From: Candidatus Aenigmatarchaeota archaeon
GTDB lineage: Archaea; Aenigmatarchaeota; Aenigmatarchaeia; CG10238-14; SpSt-28
Reading direction: 5' to 3'
Length of the DNA: 29,409 nt
NCBI GenBank assembly: GCA_039000985.1
Contig: JAWBMD010000012.1
Span: forward strand, 1-29,409
The position numbers were made by a program, and so were the translations under genes. This document shows positions 1 through 8,474 of the stretch, in pieces (position 1 is the first letter of the stretch; every line of letters starts with the position of its first letter). The notes beneath the pieces were generated by a model. The model worked only from the letters and a program-made list of their open reading frames with translations, was not told the origin of the DNA and searched no databases.

Positions 1-1941
1 ATTAAAAAAATATTTGGTAAATACACAACAACACAAATACTAAATTTTTTAGATGAAATTTCTGTTAAATATGGAGTGAATATTTATTTCAATAAAGAAA
101 ATAGGCTTGTTTCTTTCTCCAAAAAAGAAGGATTTGAAAATATTTATAACATTGTAAGAACAATAAAAATAGGATTTATATCTAATTCTAGATTATTAAG
201 TAACTATTCTTCTATATCAGCTCTTTATGCAGCTTATAAAATATTTGAAACGGAAGGAGTTATTTGGATAAATTGTGTTGGTGGATTCTTTAACGATACA
301 ATAGCTTATAAAAGAAGTCCAAGTAAGTTAGAGGAGTATATCGAAGAAATGGAAGATTTTGATAAGAGAATTGAATACATTTCTAAAATATTTCCACAAA
401 TACCATATAGAAAAACTCATGTTTATCCAAGCAAAAGAGATATTGCATTATTTAAAAACGAGGGGGGAAAATTAATAAGTAGAGATCAAATAGATGCTTT
501 AAGTGGATTGAGGAATGATATAAAAAGAGAAGATAGAGAATATCAAGATGTTTATGGTACAAATGTTAGAATATACTTAATTTCTGCCCACGATGATGAT
601 GGAGTTTCCTCAACATATACTTATGACGCCCAAGAAAGAGTTGAAAAAATAAATTTTGATAAAAATTATGTAAATATAGTTGTTATAGGTGGTTATCATG
701 TACCTTTTATATTATCGAACTATAGTGGAGCCGATTTAGTAATATCTTTACCATCTTTAATTTTTCAAACTCCATATATGAAAGTAAGAAGAAAAACATA
801 CCCAACAATAGGGTGTTGTATTTTAGAAATTTTACTAGATAAAGAAAAAAAATCTGTCAGAGATATTAAAGTTAAGTTCTATAACTTGAAAAAATACGCA
901 AAATTTAAGGATTTTTATAAAATTCCAGAAATTCAAAACCCAATTGAGAAAAAAATAGTTTCATATTTGTTTGAGAAAGGTAGTTGTAGTTTGGGTGAAA
1001 TGAGTAGGCTTGTTAATTTATCCACAGACGAAATAATTAAAACTATTGAAGCAATAAACAGTAAATATAATATAAGAATCTATGAAAAACTAGGTTCTTA
1101 TTATATTCAATTACCATTTGAATATGATTTTAAACTACCGTCTGTATGCGAAGGAGAAAAAAGCAAGTTTTTGCTTCTTTCAGATACACATTTAAATAGC
1201 GTAGATGTTGATATAAAGGATTTTGAATATATTATAAAAAAAGCTAGAGAAAATAATGTTGATGCAATACTGCATGCTGGAGACATAATAGAAGCTATCC
1301 CTGGTGCAGAAATTTTTGAAGGACAAAGATTTGAAATAAATACAAGAAATGCGAAGGAAATTAAAGATTTTTTATTCAAAATTTTTGATATGGTGAAGGA
1401 AAATGATATACCATTCTTTTTTATAACCGGTAATCATGATGAAAAATTAAGAAAGCAAATAGGTTTAGATGTGATGGAAATGATAGCTGAATTATATAAC
1501 AATCCTTTAATAAATTATGTTGGTTCTAATAGAGGTAGTGTGGAGTTTAAGGGATTGGAGCTTAAATTAATACATCCGTCAGGTGGTTCAGCACAAGCTT
1601 TGGGAACTAATGCTAGAAGATTTTATAGATATATTAAGTTTATTAAAGGAAAGATTAAAAAAACTATAGGTATTTTGGGTAATTATCATAAAGCAATGTT
1701 TATTTATGATGGAATGTATTTCCCACTTTACTTAGTTCCCTCTCTCAAATACCCAGATGAATTCTCTACTACAAGAGGATTGCCTTATCAAAGGGGTGCG
1801 TGGTTAGTAACTATTGAATATGATGATAATGATATACTTTCTGTTGAAAATTCTTTTCTAACATTACCATTTTTAGAAAAAAGAGAAAAGAAAGAGATAA
1901 AAGTTGGGGAGAAAACTTTTTATATTTCTGAAAAATTATAA
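1..1941 (+). CDS. Tandem calcineurin-like metallophosphoesterase protein with (w)HTH segments; 5'-truncated by the window edge
   Basis: Frame 1 is open from base 1 (IKKIFGKYTTTQILNFLDEISVKYGVNIY...), so the GTG at 76 is probably not the true start. The C-terminal domain has MPP motifs LLSDTH, LHAGD, GNHD, IHP and GNYH. A central wHTH-like segment reads IVSYLFEKGSCSLGEMSRLVNLSTDEIIKTI. The N-terminal half is a degenerate copy of the MPP domain. Confidence 0.8.
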   Translation: MKKIFGKYTTTQILNFLDEISVKYGVNIYFNKENRLVSFSKKEGFENIYNIVRTIKIGFISNSRLLSNYSSISALYAAYKIFETEGVIWINCVGGFFNDTIAYKRSPSKLEEYIEEMEDFDKRIEYISKIFPQIPYRKTHVYPSKRDIALFKNEGGKLISRDQIDALSGLRNDIKREDREYQDVYGTNVRIYLISAHDDDGVSSTYTYDAQERVEKINFDKNYVNIVVIGGYHVPFILSNYSGADLVISLPSLIFQTPYMKVRRKTYPTIGCCILEILLDKEKKSVRDIKVKFYNLKKYAKFKDFYKIPEIQNPIEKKIVSYLFEKGSCSLGEMSRLVNLSTDEIIKTIEAINSKYNIRIYEKLGSYYIQLPFEYDFKLPSVCEGEKSKFLLLSDTHLNSVDVDIKDFEYIIKKARENNVDAILHAGDIIEAIPGAEIFEGQRFEINTRNAKEIKDFLFKIFDMVKENDIPFFFITGNHDEKLRKQIGLDVMEMIAELYNNPLINYVGSNRGSVEFKGLELKLIHPSGGSAQALGTNARRFYRYIKFIKGKIKKTIGILGNYHKAMFIYDGMYFPLYLVPSLKYPDEFSTTRGLPYQRGAWLVTIEYDDNDILSVENSFLTLPFLEKREKKEIKVGEKTFYISEKL

Positions 1942-3258
1942 ATGAGATTTGTGGAAATTAAAGAAGGGGAGAAAGTTAGAATAAAAGTAAATGGAAATTA
2001 TTATGAAGGTATTGTAATGCCAAAAACGAAACAAAGCAAAGAAAATATTTTGGTACTAAAATTACCAAATGGTTATAACGTTGGTTTTGATGTTAAAGAA
2101 ATAGAGGAAATAATTACGTTAGGTGAAAAGTATGAGATTAAATATTTACCAAGAGAAGTAAAATTTGAAAAAATAGAAGGAAAACCAAATATTTCTATTT
2201 TGGGTTGTGGAGGTACAATAGCTTCTAGAGTTGAATATAAAACAGGAGCTGTTATAGCTACTTTTTCACCAGCTGATTTAATATCACACTTTCCAGAATT
2301 GGGAAATATTGCTAACATAAATGGAAGAAAAATTTTTGATTTAATGTCCGAAGATATGACACCATATCACTGGAAAATTATTAGCGAAGAAGTATATAAA
2401 GAAATAAAAGAAGGATATGATGGAGTAATTTTAACTCATGGTACTGATACTATGCATTTTACTTCAGCTGCCTTATCATTTGCTTTGCAAGACTTATCCA
2501 TTCCAGTAATTCTTGTTGGTTCTCAAAGAAGTTCCGATAGGCCAAGTAGTGATAATTACTTAAATTTGCTTTCAGCAGCATATTTTATAGCAAATTCAAA
2601 TGCTTCAGAGGTTCTTGTTTGTATGCATTCCTCTACAAACGATGATTCATGCTTTTTACACAGAGGAACAAGAGTTAGAAAAATGCACACTAGTAGAAGA
2701 GATGCTTTCAAAAGCATTAATTCATTACCGTTAGCACAAGTTAATTACTTTAACAAAGGGATAAAATATTTTTTGAATGATTACAAAAAAGTTGATAAAA
2801 ATAGAGAAGTGAAACTTGCTAATGACTTTAATCCAAATGTTTGTTTGATTCATGTTTTTCCAAATATAAAGCCAGAATTTATTTCATCTTTATCTAAACT
2901 TTTTGATGGAGTTGTTTTAGCAGTTACTGGCTTAGGTCATGTTCCAACTAACTATAACAACAATCCATTTACTAAAAGCATTATTAATGAAATAAAAAAT
3001 TTAATAGATTCAAATATACCAGTTGTTATTGCTCCACAAACTTTTTATGGTAGGTTAAATCTAAAAGTTTACGCACCAGGAAGAATTTTGCTGGAAACTG
3101 GAGTTATAGGAGATGGTTTAGATTGGTTACCTGAAGTAGCTTTTGTAAAACTGAGTTGGGTATTGGCCCAAACAAAAAACATGAAAAAAATTGAAGAAAT
3201 GATGCATACAAATTATGCAAACGAATTTAGCATTGTTAGTGATGTAAGAAATTTTTAA
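1942..3258 (+). CDS. gatD: Glu-tRNA(Gln) amidotransferase subunit D
   Basis: N-terminal LVLKLPNGYNVG domain, GGTIASRVEYKTGAV, HGTDT, GSQRSSDRPSSD and RKMHTSRRDAF, typical of archaeal GatD. Confidence 0.96.
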   Translation: MRFVEIKEGEKVRIKVNGNYYEGIVMPKTKQSKENILVLKLPNGYNVGFDVKEIEEIITLGEKYEIKYLPREVKFEKIEGKPNISILGCGGTIASRVEYKTGAVIATFSPADLISHFPELGNIANINGRKIFDLMSEDMTPYHWKIISEEVYKEIKEGYDGVILTHGTDTMHFTSAALSFALQDLSIPVILVGSQRSSDRPSSDNYLNLLSAAYFIANSNASEVLVCMHSSTNDDSCFLHRGTRVRKMHTSRRDAFKSINSLPLAQVNYFNKGIKYFLNDYKKVDKNREVKLANDFNPNVCLIHVFPNIKPEFISSLSKLFDGVVLAVTGLGHVPTNYNNNPFTKSIINEIKNLIDSNIPVVIAPQTFYGRLNLKVYAPGRILLETGVIGDGLDWLPEVAFVKLSWVLAQTKNMKKIEEMMHTNYANEFSIVSDVRNF

Positions 3259-3259
3259 A

Positions 3260-3565
3260 ATGAAAATAGCTATTTATGCTGGTAACTTCTATTCATTAAC
3301 AAAAGTTGTAGTTGGCACAAATCCAAATAAAAAATATTTGTTATGTGAAAATTTTGGGAAATGATATTTTAGCAAACTTTGCCAAAAAAGTTGGTGCTAA
3401 ATATTTAGTTGGGGGTATTAGAAGTGAAAGCAATTATTTTTAATTCCTCCATTAGAATTGGTAAACGTTTCTTCTAGTTTTGTTAAATCATTAGTTGGTT
3501 TTAAAAATTGGAAATCTATAGCTAAAAATTTTTTAAGAATGCTTGAAATTAAATATCAAAAATAA
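3260..3565 (+). pseudogene. coaD: Degraded bacterial-type phosphopantetheine adenylyltransferase
   Basis: Manual translation across three frames gives colinear CoaD blocks: MKIAIYAGNFYSLT / VVVGTNPNKKY / LANFAKKVGAKYLVGGIRSESNY / LIPPLELVNVSSSFVKSLVGFKNWKSI. These are separated by internal deletions, stops and frameshifts. Confidence 0.8.
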
Positions 3566-3582
3566 TTGTTTAATTATTTTAT

Positions 3583-3653
3583 GGGCCGATGGTCTAATGG
3601 TAGGACGCCACTTTCACATGGTGGAGATTCCGGTTCGATTCCGGATCGGCCCA
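3583..3653 (+). tRNA. tRNA-Val (anticodon CAC), intronless, CCA not encoded
   Basis: Acceptor stem GGGCCGA/TCGGCCC plus discriminator A; anticodon arm CCACT-TTCACAT-GGTGG; T arm TCCGG-TTCGATT-CCGGA. Confidence 0.95.
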
Positions 3654-3654
3654 C

Positions 3655-4632
3655 ATGAAATTTTTGTATTTGAGTGGTGAGGATGTAAAAAAGCTAATTA
3701 CAATGAAAGAAACAATAGAAAGTGTTGAAAATGTTTTTAGAGACAAAGCTTTGAAAAAAGTAGAAATGCCAAGTAAAATTTATGTTAATTTTGAAGAAGG
3801 GGATTTTAGGTCAATGCCATGTTATATAAAAAGTTTGAATGTTGCCGGAATAAAAATTGTTAATGTTCACCCTAAAAACAGAGAAAAATTTAATTTACCA
3901 TCTGTAATGGCAAAAATTCTTTTGATGAATCCATTAAATGGCTATATATTTTGCATAATGGATGGAACAATTATAACAGATTATAGAACAGGAGCAGCAG
4001 GTGGGATAGCTGTTAAATATTTGGCTAGAAAAAATTCAAAAATAATTTCTTTAATTGGAGCTGGTAATCAAGCTAAAACTCAATTATTAGCTATTTCTGA
4101 AGTTTTAAAAAATATTGAAAAAATTAATGTTTGGTCGAGAACTTTAGAAACAGCTTTAAATTTCAAAAAAGAAATGGAAAAATATGGATTTAACATTAAC
4201 ATAGAGCAAAATATTGAAAAGGCTGTTGATGATTGTGATATTTTAGTAACAACTACTCCAAGCTATGAACCAATTATAAAAAACGGATGGATTAAAAATG
4301 GAATGCATCTTAATTGTATAGGTGCTGATGCTCCTGGTAAGCAAGAAATAGATGAAAAAATTTTGTTGAGAAGTAAAATTGTTGTTGATGATTATGAGCA
4401 AGCTTTACATAGTGGTGAAGTCAATGTTCCATTTTCAAAAGGAGTTATAAAAAAAGAAAATATTTATGGCGAATTAGGAGAAATCATAGCTGGTTTAAAA
4501 AAAGGTAGAGAAAGTGATGATGAAATAACGATATTTGATTCAACAGGCTTAGCTATTCAAGATATTGCTGTAGCTAGCTATATATACAAAAAAGCTATTG
4601 AAAATAATTTGGGTATATATTTGGAAGCATAA
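3655..4632 (+). CDS. ala: Archaeal alanine dehydrogenase (ornithine cyclodeaminase/mu-crystallin family)
   Basis: GDFRSMP, GIKIVNVHPKN, TDYRTGAAGG, IGAGNQA Rossmann motif, IGADAPGKQE and FDSTGLAIQD. Confidence 0.88.
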   Translation: MKFLYLSGEDVKKLITMKETIESVENVFRDKALKKVEMPSKIYVNFEEGDFRSMPCYIKSLNVAGIKIVNVHPKNREKFNLPSVMAKILLMNPLNGYIFCIMDGTIITDYRTGAAGGIAVKYLARKNSKIISLIGAGNQAKTQLLAISEVLKNIEKINVWSRTLETALNFKKEMEKYGFNINIEQNIEKAVDDCDILVTTTPSYEPIIKNGWIKNGMHLNCIGADAPGKQEIDEKILLRSKIVVDDYEQALHSGEVNVPFSKGVIKKENIYGELGEIIAGLKKGRESDDEITIFDSTGLAIQDIAVASYIYKKAIENNLGIYLEA

Positions 4633-4641
4633 ATAAAATTT

Positions 4642-5175
4642 GTGGAGGAAGTAATTACTTTTGAAGCTATAAAAAAAGTTTACGATGAGGAAAGAAAACA
4701 TGACAATAAACTTTCATTTATACAAGATGATTTCTTTAAAAAATCTATTGAATATTTAAACATAAAAAAACAAATAGCAAAAAGTAAAAGTGATGATAAA
4801 TCACTTATTGAGGTTAAAAACTTAGAAAGAATTTTGGAAGAAATATTTAGCATAAGAGAAAGAAAAATTGTTAATTTAGCTTTAATTCATGTCAGAAGTA
4901 AAGCAGATATTAAAAACTTAACAAGCAATGAAAAAAATGTTTTTGAAGCAATTGTTAAGGTTTTGTCTGAAAACAGAGAAAATTTTAAAAAGGCTATAAA
5001 AGGAAAAACTAGTTATATAGTTTTTAAAACTGATTATCATCAATTTGTTGGGTTTGATGGTAAAAAATATGGTCCTTTTAAAGCTGGTGATAAAGTTAAT
5101 TTAGATGAGATACCAAAAGAATTTACTAAAATACTTAAAGATGCTAATATTATAGAAATTGTAGAAGGTGAATGA
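4642..5175 (+). CDS. DNA replication complex GINS subunit (Gins15/Gins51-like)
   Basis: Helical A domain (EIFSIRERKIVNLAL, LTSNEKNVF) followed by a C-terminal B domain (FVGFDGKKYGPFKAGD). GTG start. Confidence 0.85.
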   Translation: MEEVITFEAIKKVYDEERKHDNKLSFIQDDFFKKSIEYLNIKKQIAKSKSDDKSLIEVKNLERILEEIFSIRERKIVNLALIHVRSKADIKNLTSNEKNVFEAIVKVLSENRENFKKAIKGKTSYIVFKTDYHQFVGFDGKKYGPFKAGDKVNLDEIPKEFTKILKDANIIEIVEGE

Positions 5176-6121
5176 GATTATATCATTAGTAATATTAGTT
5201 GGAATTTTAGTTTCAATAGCTTCATTATCTTATGTTTTTGTAAGTAATACTTTAACAGGTAAAGTTAGTGAAGTTTTTGAGTTTTTATATATAGAAGCTA
5301 ATAAAAAAATAGTTGTTAGAAATATTGGTCAAAACAATATAAATGAAATAAATGTTTATATGGATGGAGAAAAGAAGATAGCAACACTAACACCATTTTA
5401 TGAAAAGCTTTCTTATTTTGGATTTAATGAAGGAAATGGTACTATAACTAAAGATGTAATTAAAGATAAAACAGCTAATTTAATAAATAACCCAAAATGG
5501 GTAAAAACTAATTTTGGTTATGGTTTAGAGTTTTCTGGTAACAGTTATGTTGAATTAACCAATTTTAATTTAAACTTCTCTAATTATCAAAAGCTTGTAT
5601 TTTCAGCTAGAGTTTATACAAATAAAGATCAAACACAAAATGATTGGAACTATTTCATACACATAAAGGATGAATATGAAATGCCTATTGTTGAGTTTGG
5701 TACATGGGGAAATGAAATAGTTTTTAAAGTTTTTAGTAGCTATACTGGATATGATTTGGGTTATATTCCAATAGAAAAAGATAAATGGATTTTCGTAGCT
5801 GGTATAGTTGAGGGAAATAATGTTAAATTATATATTAATGGTAATTTGGTAGCTTCCAGAAATGATTTTCCGGGCTTTACTTCTTCTCCAATAAATCGTT
5901 TTTATATTGGAGGTTGGCAAACAAGAATTTTTGATGGTATTATAGATGAAATAGGTATTTTTACAAATTTTGAAGAAGGAGATTCGCCTGCTTATGCGAA
6001 TGGTATTTTACCACCTGGGAAAATTGGCGAGATTTATATAAATGGTATAATTAATGGCAGAATAAAAATATGTACACGCAACTATTGTCAACCTATTTTA
6101 TATTCAGAATTATATGAATAA
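5168..6121 (+). CDS. Pilin-like protein with an inserted LamG/concanavalin-like jelly-roll domain
   Basis: N-terminal pilin helix NEIISLVILVGILVSIAS, then VRNIG; LamG hallmarks FNEGNGT, GLEFSG, DKWIFVAG, KLYING and FDGIIDEIGIF. Confidence 0.8.
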   Translation: MNEIISLVILVGILVSIASLSYVFVSNTLTGKVSEVFEFLYIEANKKIVVRNIGQNNINEINVYMDGEKKIATLTPFYEKLSYFGFNEGNGTITKDVIKDKTANLINNPKWVKTNFGYGLEFSGNSYVELTNFNLNFSNYQKLVFSARVYTNKDQTQNDWNYFIHIKDEYEMPIVEFGTWGNEIVFKVFSSYTGYDLGYIPIEKDKWIFVAGIVEGNNVKLYINGNLVASRNDFPGFTSSPINRFYIGGWQTRIFDGIIDEIGIFTNFEEGDSPAYANGILPPGKIGEIYINGIINGRIKICTRNYCQPILYSELYE

Positions 6122-7022
6122 GGAAAAAATAATTGGATTAATTGCAATTATAGCACTGTATTTCATAATATTATTTTTTTATTTAAAGGATGTTGAAAAA
6201 ATAGAGCTGAATGCAAACGAAATTTCTTCATTAGTAAAAAGATTCAAAATTTATAATACTAATGGTAGTTTACCATATGTTAAAAATGGTAGAATAATTA
6301 TGGAATGCACAAATACATCAAACTCTTATCAAGGAATCATTTCACTTACATCAGTAAAAGCAAGAGACGAACTAATTTTAGAAGCTATCTTTCATGCTGA
6401 TATAAAAAAAGTATCTAATAATCCAAAAAATGAATTTGCCATATTTGTATCTGATGATATAGAAAATTGGGATAAGGATGAGTTTGGTATTGTTATAAGG
6501 TTTGTTAATAATACTGCTTTAAAATATTATATTCAATCACCACTACTATCAAAATTTTTTATAGAAACTGAAATAGGTAAGATTGAAAAAATGAATAACA
6601 TAGTTTTGAAATATTCGAATAATAGAATAAAAGTTCTTCTTAACAATAAACTAGTTGGTGAAACAGACTTTGTTGATATAAAGGGTAAAAGGTTTTATTT
6701 AGTAGTAAGTTTAAAAAATCTAGACGGTAGTGACTTGAGTGAAAATCTTTTTGAGATAGAAAAAGTTGGCGTAATGAATATAGAATTTTTTAAAATACTA
6801 TTTTTAATTTTAATCTTAATACTAATATCTTTATTTTATTTTACTTTTGATAAAATTCAAAAGAAAATTCTAGAAAATAAACTTAAAGCTTTAGAAAGAG
6901 AAAAAGCTAAATTGGAAAATGCTTTCTTAAGAAGAGAAATATCTAAGGATCTTTTAGAAAAAGAAGTAAGCAAAATTTCTATAGAAATTAGAAAAATAAA
7001 AGAAAAATTAGGAAAATACTAA
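6114..7022 (+). CDS. Hypothetical membrane protein: TM, extracellular beta-rich domain, TM, cytoplasmic coiled coil
   Basis: Two hydrophobic segments (IIGLIAIIALYFIILFFYL; ILFLILILILISLFYFTF) and a K/E/L-rich helical tail. Confidence 0.7.
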   Translation: MNKEKIIGLIAIIALYFIILFFYLKDVEKIELNANEISSLVKRFKIYNTNGSLPYVKNGRIIMECTNTSNSYQGIISLTSVKARDELILEAIFHADIKKVSNNPKNEFAIFVSDDIENWDKDEFGIVIRFVNNTALKYYIQSPLLSKFFIETEIGKIEKMNNIVLKYSNNRIKVLLNNKLVGETDFVDIKGKRFYLVVSLKNLDGSDLSENLFEIEKVGVMNIEFFKILFLILILILISLFYFTFDKIQKKILENKLKALEREKAKLENAFLRREISKDLLEKEVSKISIEIRKIKEKLGKY

Positions 7023-8443
7023 ATTTTCCTAATAACATCAAAATCTTTGACTTTTCCTTTTAAATATCTATATAAAGCGACCCATGGAGCTAAAGATTCT
7101 ATTAATAAACCTTTAATTACTCTTAAATGTGTTAAAAGAGAGTTTTGTATGTAATTTCTATTTAGTTGATATCCAGTTTTGTAGATGTCAAAAATGTTAA
7201 ATATTATGTATGCTGACAAAATACTTGATAATGTATAATGAAACAAAGAAGAAGTGGGAGCAATAGTAGAAAGGGAAACAGCTACTAGAGAAGGAAGTGC
7301 TGAAAGCCAGGCAGTTAAATAATATGATGTAAGTATTTTCCTTTTTCTTGGTATGTTATGATTATGTACTACTTCTTTTAATATTCCAGTAAACCATCTT
7401 CCCCTTTGTTTAAGAAAATCTTTCACTGAAAGTGGTGGAGATTCATAACAAAATCCTTTTATTAGTTTAACATTATTTTCGCCATAATTTTTTACTACAT
7501 TATTATAAAACACAAAATCCTCTACTAAACTTTCTTCATTATCAAAATTTATTTCTTCCAGAACTTTAGAATTTACCACAAAATGCGACCCATGAAAGTT
7601 TAATCTATTTGATATTATTAGCTTGTCTAAATCACCACCACTCCTATAAAACTCCCAATAATCAAGTCCCCTCTTTTTAAAATTTCTTGGATAAAGAATT
7701 ATACCTCGACCAACATAAGTTTCTTTGCTTTTAATGAAATCTAATATACCAAATATAGTATCTTCTCCAATAAAGCTTTCTTCATCTTGATAATAGATAA
7801 AATTATTTTCATTCAATAAATTATTTTCCAACATTATTCTTCTCGAATATTCTAATGCTCTTCCTTTATACTTACTTCCTCTTTCTGTTTTAAAATCTTT
7901 TGGAACTACAACAAGACTTATTTTTTCATCATTTATATCTTTAAAATTTTCTTTATATTCTTCTTCTGTTACAATCCGTACTTCATAATCATAATTAAGC
8001 CCATATTTTTCTTTTACATAATCGTTCATTTCCTTTGTTTTTAATGCATTTTTTGTAGCTACTTCATAATTTGTACCTTTAGTTACTATGTGAAATATTA
8101 TTTTGTTTTGTGAGTAATCGTTTTGTATAATTTCTTCCTTACTAATTAAAAGCTTTTTTCCATTCTTCTTAACTCCTATGAACTTGTTAGCAAAATAAAA
8201 ACTTAAATAAGGAAGAGAAATATACCAAGAAAATTTTAAATAATAGCCAATTGTTTGTAATATGTTGAAATCCATTGCTGGTTGTGGTAATAAAGACATT
8301 CCAAGAAAAGCAGCAGAAAGTGAAGCAAATGTTGCTAGGTCTTTTTTCCAACTTTTTATGAGATTTTCTATGCTCTTATTGTAATTTTCAACTGTGTATA
8401 ATTCTTTTTCAAGATTCTCAATTTTATAATTATTTACCACCAT
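7019..8443 (-). CDS. Membrane GT2 glycosyltransferase resembling Egghead/BRE-3 beta-1,4-mannosyltransferases
   Basis: IVTKG, VVVPKDFKTERGSKYKGRALEY, QDEES, LVED, ESPP...DFLKQRGRW (QxxRW motif), with flanking TM helices. Confidence 0.85.
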   Translation of the reverse strand: MVVNNYKIENLEKELYTVENYNKSIENLIKSWKKDLATFASLSAAFLGMSLLPQPAMDFNILQTIGYYLKFSWYISLPYLSFYFANKFIGVKKNGKKLLISKEEIIQNDYSQNKIIFHIVTKGTNYEVATKNALKTKEMNDYVKEKYGLNYDYEVRIVTEEEYKENFKDINDEKISLVVVPKDFKTERGSKYKGRALEYSRRIMLENNLLNENNFIYYQDEESFIGEDTIFGILDFIKSKETYVGRGIILYPRNFKKRGLDYWEFYRSGGDLDKLIISNRLNFHGSHFVVNSKVLEEINFDNEESLVEDFVFYNNVVKNYGENNVKLIKGFCYESPPLSVKDFLKQRGRWFTGILKEVVHNHNIPRKRKILTSYYLTAWLSALPSLVAVSLSTIAPTSSLFHYTLSSILSAYIIFNIFDIYKTGYQLNRNYIQNSLLTHLRVIKGLLIESLAPWVALYRYLKGKVKDFDVIRKI

Positions 8444-8474
8444 AAAGTTATAATATAATAAAAGAATAAATAAC

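Noticed and set aside
1107..2318. Minus-strand ORFs 1107-1379 and 2073-2318
   Set aside because: Antisense shadows of well-supported genes, with no recognisable motifs.
3559..3580. 9-bp inverted repeat AAAATAATT/AATTATTTT before tRNA-Val
   Set aside because: Pure A/T in a very AT-rich genome, so likely chance.
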